Positions 61,532-64,000 of a stretch of 64,000 nt of DNA are shown piece after piece. The position numbers and the translations under genes are program-made. Numbering within the stretch: the first letter of the stretch is position 1; every line of letters begins with the position of its first letter. The notes beneath the pieces are model-generated. The model saw only the letters and a list, made by a program, of their open reading frames with translations. It did no database searches and had not been told where the DNA came from. Source of the DNA: an uncultured Gemmatimonadales bacterium (GTDB lineage: Bacteria; Gemmatimonadota; Gemmatimonadetes; Gemmatimonadales; GWC2-71-9); contig CAWEMJ010000007.1 in NCBI GenBank assembly GCA_963810185.1, forward strand, positions 836,190 through 900,189, given 5' to 3'.

Positions 61532-61534
61532 GAC

Positions 61535-61723
61535 CTAGCTGCTCGCCTGACTCGGCTCGCCTTCCAGCGCCTCCAACCGCTCCAGGTCGGCTACCGACAC
61601 GATCGCCGCTACCGCCTTCCCGTGGCGTTCCAGCACGACCCTCTCTCCATACACCAGGACTTCATTGAGCAGATCGGAGAAGTTGCTCCGAGCCATCGAA
61701 ACTGGGAGCGTCGTTCTTTCCAT
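61535..61723 (-). CDS. Phd/YefM-family type II antitoxin, no cognate toxin adjacent
   Basis: The last 63 codons of ORF 61535..63076 read MERTTLPVSMARSNFSDLLNEVLVYGERVVLERHGKAVAAIVSVADLERLEALE, the typical Phd/YefM N-terminal fold signature. The rest of the 513-aa ORF is antisense to the PDZ gene. Confidence 0.75.
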   Translation of the reverse strand: MERTTLPVSMARSNFSDLLNEVLVYGERVVLERHGKAVAAIVSVADLERLEALEGEPSQASS

Positions 61724-61746
61724 GCGGGCTCCATGGCAGTCATCTA

Positions 61747-61800
61747 GTAAAACGTACGATATGTACAAAACGTACAAATCTTGTAGATTGATGTCAATCT
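61747..61800. promoter_or_regulatory. AT-rich promoter/operator-like region upstream of phd
   Basis: Direct repeat AAAACGTAC at 61749-61757 and 61767-61775, with TGTAC/GTACA palindromes. Inverted repeat AGATTGA-TG-TCAATCT at 61785-61800. GC content is far below the window average. Confidence 0.35.
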
Positions 61801-61814
61801 CTGGACGAGGTATA

Positions 61815-61920
61815 GCTGCCCCGCTGCCCCGCTGCCCCGCTGCCCCGCTGCCCCGCTGCCCCGCTGCCCCGCTGCCCCGCTGCCCCGCTGCCCCGCTGCC
61901 CCGCTGCCCCGCTGCCCCGC
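61815..61920 (+). repeat. Perfect octanucleotide microsatellite (GCTGCCCC) x13
   Basis: Thirteen identical contiguous units span 61815-61918, plus a partial GC. It lies in the divergent intergenic region between phd and the PDZ-protein gene. Confidence 0.95.
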
Positions 61921-61984
61921 GACCATCCCAGCCGAAGCGGCATCTACTCCCCCGTGACCAATAACCCTTGAGGGAGACAGCCCA

Positions 61985-63028
61985 ATGACTCGTTCGTGGA
62001 TCACCCTGGCGCTCGGCGCGCTGGTCCTCCTGCCGGTGGGTCTGGCCGCCCAAGACCAGGACGTGACGGTGTACGCCGTGGCAGGCCGCCCCAGGATCGG
62101 CGTGATGGTGGACACCGATGCCGGCGCCGCCAACGACAAGCTCGGCGCCACCATCAAGTCCGTGACACCGGACGGCCCCGCCGCCAAGGCCGGACTCCAG
62201 GCCGGCGACATCATCACCAAGTTCAACGGCACCGCGCTCGGTGGCGATGCGCCGGGAGCAAAGCTGGTCGAGCTCGCCCAGCAGCTCTCCCCGGGTGACA
62301 CGGTGAAGGTCGAGTACCGCCGCGGCACCAGCAGCCATAAGGCGACCATCGTCGCCGCCGACCTCGGCGGAACGTCCTTTGCCTGGAGTCCGGGCCCCAG
62401 CGAGGGCCAGATGATCGAACTCTCGCGTGCGTACGAGGGACAAGCGCGGGCCTTTGAAGGGCAAGCCCGTGCAGTTCAGGGTCGCGAACTCGCCATGCTC
62501 GACATGGAGCGGTCGATGGCCGGCATGGGCGACCAGTTCAACGTGCGCATCGGCGGCGGTGGCTTCGGTCTGAATCTGGCGGAGATGAACGCCGGGCTCG
62601 GCGAGTACTTCGGAACTCAGAAGGGTGTGCTCCTGCTGGAAAATCCTTCCGACTCGACCATGCCACTCAAGGCGGGCGATGTCATCCTGGCCATCGATGG
62701 CCGTGCCCCGGCCGATGTCGGGCAGGCCCGGCGGATCCTCGGCAGCTACGACAGCGGCGACGTGGCCAAGTTCGAGATCATGCGGATGAAGAAGAAGGTC
62801 ACGGTCTCGTGGACGGTCCCCGCCGGAATGCGGATGATGGGGCCGGGCACCATGCGGTTCCGGACGCTCGACCCGATGGGAACGCCAGGCGCTCCAGGCT
62901 CGGCTCCGCGGATGAAGGCGAAGGTGGTGCCGGGCTACCCGATGAAAGTGGTGCCGGGTTACCCGATCGCGCCGGCAGCTGGTGCCCCGGCCGTGGCGGC
63001 ACCGGCCCCACCCGCCGGGCGCACCTGA
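61985..63028 (+). CDS. Secreted protein with two PDZ domains
   Basis: Signal peptide MTRSWITLALGALVLLPVGLAAQ. PDZ motifs GATIKSVTPDGPAAKAGLQAGDIITKFNG and GVLLLENPSDSTMPLKAGDVILAIDG. Pro/Ala-rich C-terminus with a duplicated KVVPGYP. Confidence 0.75.
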   Translation: MTRSWITLALGALVLLPVGLAAQDQDVTVYAVAGRPRIGVMVDTDAGAANDKLGATIKSVTPDGPAAKAGLQAGDIITKFNGTALGGDAPGAKLVELAQQLSPGDTVKVEYRRGTSSHKATIVAADLGGTSFAWSPGPSEGQMIELSRAYEGQARAFEGQARAVQGRELAMLDMERSMAGMGDQFNVRIGGGGFGLNLAEMNAGLGEYFGTQKGVLLLENPSDSTMPLKAGDVILAIDGRAPADVGQARRILGSYDSGDVAKFEIMRMKKKVTVSWTVPAGMRMMGPGTMRFRTLDPMGTPGAPGSAPRMKAKVVPGYPMKVVPGYPIAPAAGAPAVAAPAPPAGRT

Positions 63029-63047
63029 TCCGGCGCCGTGGATGCAC

Positions 63048-63085
63048 CAAGCGGGGGTGCGCCAGGTCCGGCGCACCCCCGCTTG
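63048..63085. terminator. 16-bp perfect hairpin between convergent genes (bidirectional terminator)
   Basis: CAAGCGGGGGTGCGCC (63048-63063), a 6-nt loop, GGCGCACCCCCGCTTG (63070-63085). Confidence 0.7.
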
Positions 63086-63101
63086 CTATGTCCGCAGGCT
63101 G

Positions 63102-63542
63102 CTACTTGGGCTCCTGCGCGGGCATCTGGCTCTTGGGGCGGATGAAGAAGCCGTAGATCTGGCCGGAACGACCGAGCGTGAAGGCGAGGACGAGCGGCTC
63201 CTCCATCATCTCGAACTTCGCCTCGCGAAGATAGGCCGACAGCGAATCCGCTGCGACGACGGTTTCGGAGATGATCTCGGTCTCGGCACCCACCTGTGTC
63301 GCCAGCTGTCCCTGGATCTCGGAGAGTTGTGCAGCCGTGACCTTCTCCTTGACCTGCGTGGAACTGTGTGCGATCAGGCTGTCGCCGAGGTCCGCGTAGA
63401 ACCACTCGGTGTATTTCCGGCCGGCGGCGAGGGTAGCCGCCGAGTCGAGTCGAGCCACCGGTGGGGCGGCAGCGCTGACTTGGGCGAGCAGGGGAGTGGT
63501 TGAGATGGATGCAAGGGCCAGGACGAGCAGTCGGCGACGCAT
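63102..63542 (-). CDS. Secreted hypothetical protein (DUF3887-like?)
   Basis: Internal ATG 63542 gives the signal peptide MRRRLLVLALASISTTPLLAQ. The ~125-aa mixed alpha/beta domain has only a tentative family guess. Confidence 0.55.
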   Translation of the reverse strand: MRRRLLVLALASISTTPLLAQVSAAAPPVARLDSAATLAAGRKYTEWFYADLGDSLIAHSSTQVKEKVTAAQLSEIQGQLATQVGAETEIISETVVAADSLSAYLREAKFEMMEEPLVLAFTLGRSGQIYGFFIRPKSQMPAQEPK

Positions 63543-63570
63543 GAACGCCTCGGTGAGTGGGATAAGAAGA

Positions 63571-63999
63571 TCAGGCGGGTTTCGGTCCCCGGAGTCGGCC
63601 AATCACGACAGTCACGTTGTCGCTGCCGCCGCGCGACAGCGCAAGGTCCACCAGCGCGTGGCAGCAGACCTCAGCCGACTCGCCCCGGAGCAGGTGGTCC
63701 CGGATTTCGTCGTCCGACACATGCTTGGTGAGGCCGTCGCTGCAGAGGAGCATGACATCTTCCCACTCGCAGTCGAGCATCGTCACCTCCGGCAACGCCT
63801 CCTTGCCGCCGAGGGCGCTCCAGAGGACGTGCTTCAGGCGGCTCTGCTCGGCGGCAGCCTGGGTCAGCGCCCCGGCGTCCACCATGGCCTGCGCCATGGT
63901 CTGGTCCTTCGTGACCTGGGTCAGCACGCCCTTGCGCAGCCGGTAGGCCCGGCTGTCCCCTACGTGGATGACATAGGCCCGGGGCCAGTAGATGGTCAC
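63571..63999 (-). CDS. PP2C-family Ser/Thr phosphatase (N-terminus beyond the right window edge)
   Basis: VGDSRAYR, LCSDGL and GGSDNVTVV motifs. The frame is open to the window end. Confidence 0.8.
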   Translation of the reverse strand: MTIYWPRAYVIHVGDSRAYRLRKGVLTQVTKDQTMAQAMVDAGALTQAAAEQSRLKHVLWSALGGKEALPEVTMLDCEWEDVMLLCSDGLTKHVSDDEIRDHLLRGESAEVCCHALVDLALSRGGSDNVTVVIGRLRGPKPA

Positions 64000-64000
64000 C

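Noticed and set aside
61460-61534. Toxin gene partner (Doc/YoeB/ParE/RelE) downstream of phd
   Set aside because: Only 75 nt separate the phd stop from tRNA-Gln, and they are filled by the tRNA terminator and the octamer repeats. No ORF fits. Upstream of phd there is only the AT-rich promoter and the microsatellite.
61815-61920. Possible CRISPR array or coding repeat at the octamer array
   Set aside because: The units are 8 nt long, contiguous and identical, with no spacers, so this is a microsatellite. The track ORFs through it (61665..61964 with AAPLPRCP repeats; 61744..62349 with GQRGSGAA repeats) are translation artefacts of the repeat. They also overlap the better-supported PDZ gene and the phd promoter.
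61724-63076. Upstream 450 codons of the 513-aa minus-strand ORF 61535..63076
   Set aside because: This part is antisense to the PDZ-domain gene and runs through the microsatellite. Only the last 63 codons carry the Phd/YefM signature, and they have their own ATG at 61723.
1-64000. Many other long ORFs in the track (e.g. 1174..2880, 5805..6719, 10801..12105, 23264..24169, 24572..25648, 29223..30752, 33755..35290, 37277..38434, 39779..41236, 41305..43617, 48232..49809, 48635..49840, 50571..51605, 52219..53307, 54786..56606, 59222..60154)
   Set aside because: These are typical high-GC shadow ORFs. They fully overlap genes with clear family motifs, are Arg/Pro/Gly/Ala-rich, and lack motifs, signal peptides or sensible starts.
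1-64000. Mobile elements, prophage, integrase/transposase, rRNA genes
   Set aside because: No ORF shows DDE/tyrosine/serine recombinase, phage structural or terminase motifs. The only island-like hints are the 36-nt direct repeat (26055/31946) and the octamer-flanked phd cassette, both reported as findings and not called as mobile elements.

Overview
This is a densely coding 64-kb chromosomal segment from a GC-rich bacterium (roughly two-thirds G+C by eye, not computed). The many lipoproteins and TPR/TolB-type proteins look like a Gemmatimonadota-like soil organism, but the taxon cannot be fixed from sequence alone. I support about 70 protein genes, two tRNAs (Ala-CGC, Gln-CTG), several hairpin terminators and a few operator-like sites. 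No rRNA, CRISPR array, transposase or integrase is visible. Most long antisense ORFs in the track are GC-rich shadow ORFs. Core content, left to right: argR; Mo-cofactor maturation genes (xdhC, mocA, a CoxG-MoCF fusion); an orphan class I HMG-CoA reductase next to a PhaR/phasin/patatin/acyltransferase/ABC1-kinase cluster; pit plus a DUF47 gene; three tandem lipoprotein paralogs followed by a membrane Ser/Thr kinase; a methyltransferase plus SNF2 helicase pair; ppa; a BTAD-TolB regulator with two secreted lipoproteins; an mntR-mntH-OMP operon; a TPR-porin plus glycosidase pair; two low-complexity secreted proteins; a crcB operon; nadE; mlaEFD; folE; rnz; and a class II photolyase. The best candidate for an undescribed system is the 5.2-kb pair of a PglX/type-IIG-like N6-adenine methyltransferase and an SNF2 helicase (19.5-24.8 kb). 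It has no recognisable nuclease, and a hairpin sequesters the methyltransferase ribosome-binding site. Other notable signals:
- An orphan Phd antitoxin beside the tRNAs, bracketed by inverted arrays of the octamer GGGGCAGC (3 vs 13 copies).
- A (GGACTGA)x3 inverted repeat that places a stop in all six frames between two convergent genes.
- A secreted DUF4384 protein with a 21-bp (GYGYPGY) tandem repeat.
- Two single-base frameshifted genes.

All functional calls rest on motif recognition by eye. No database search was run.
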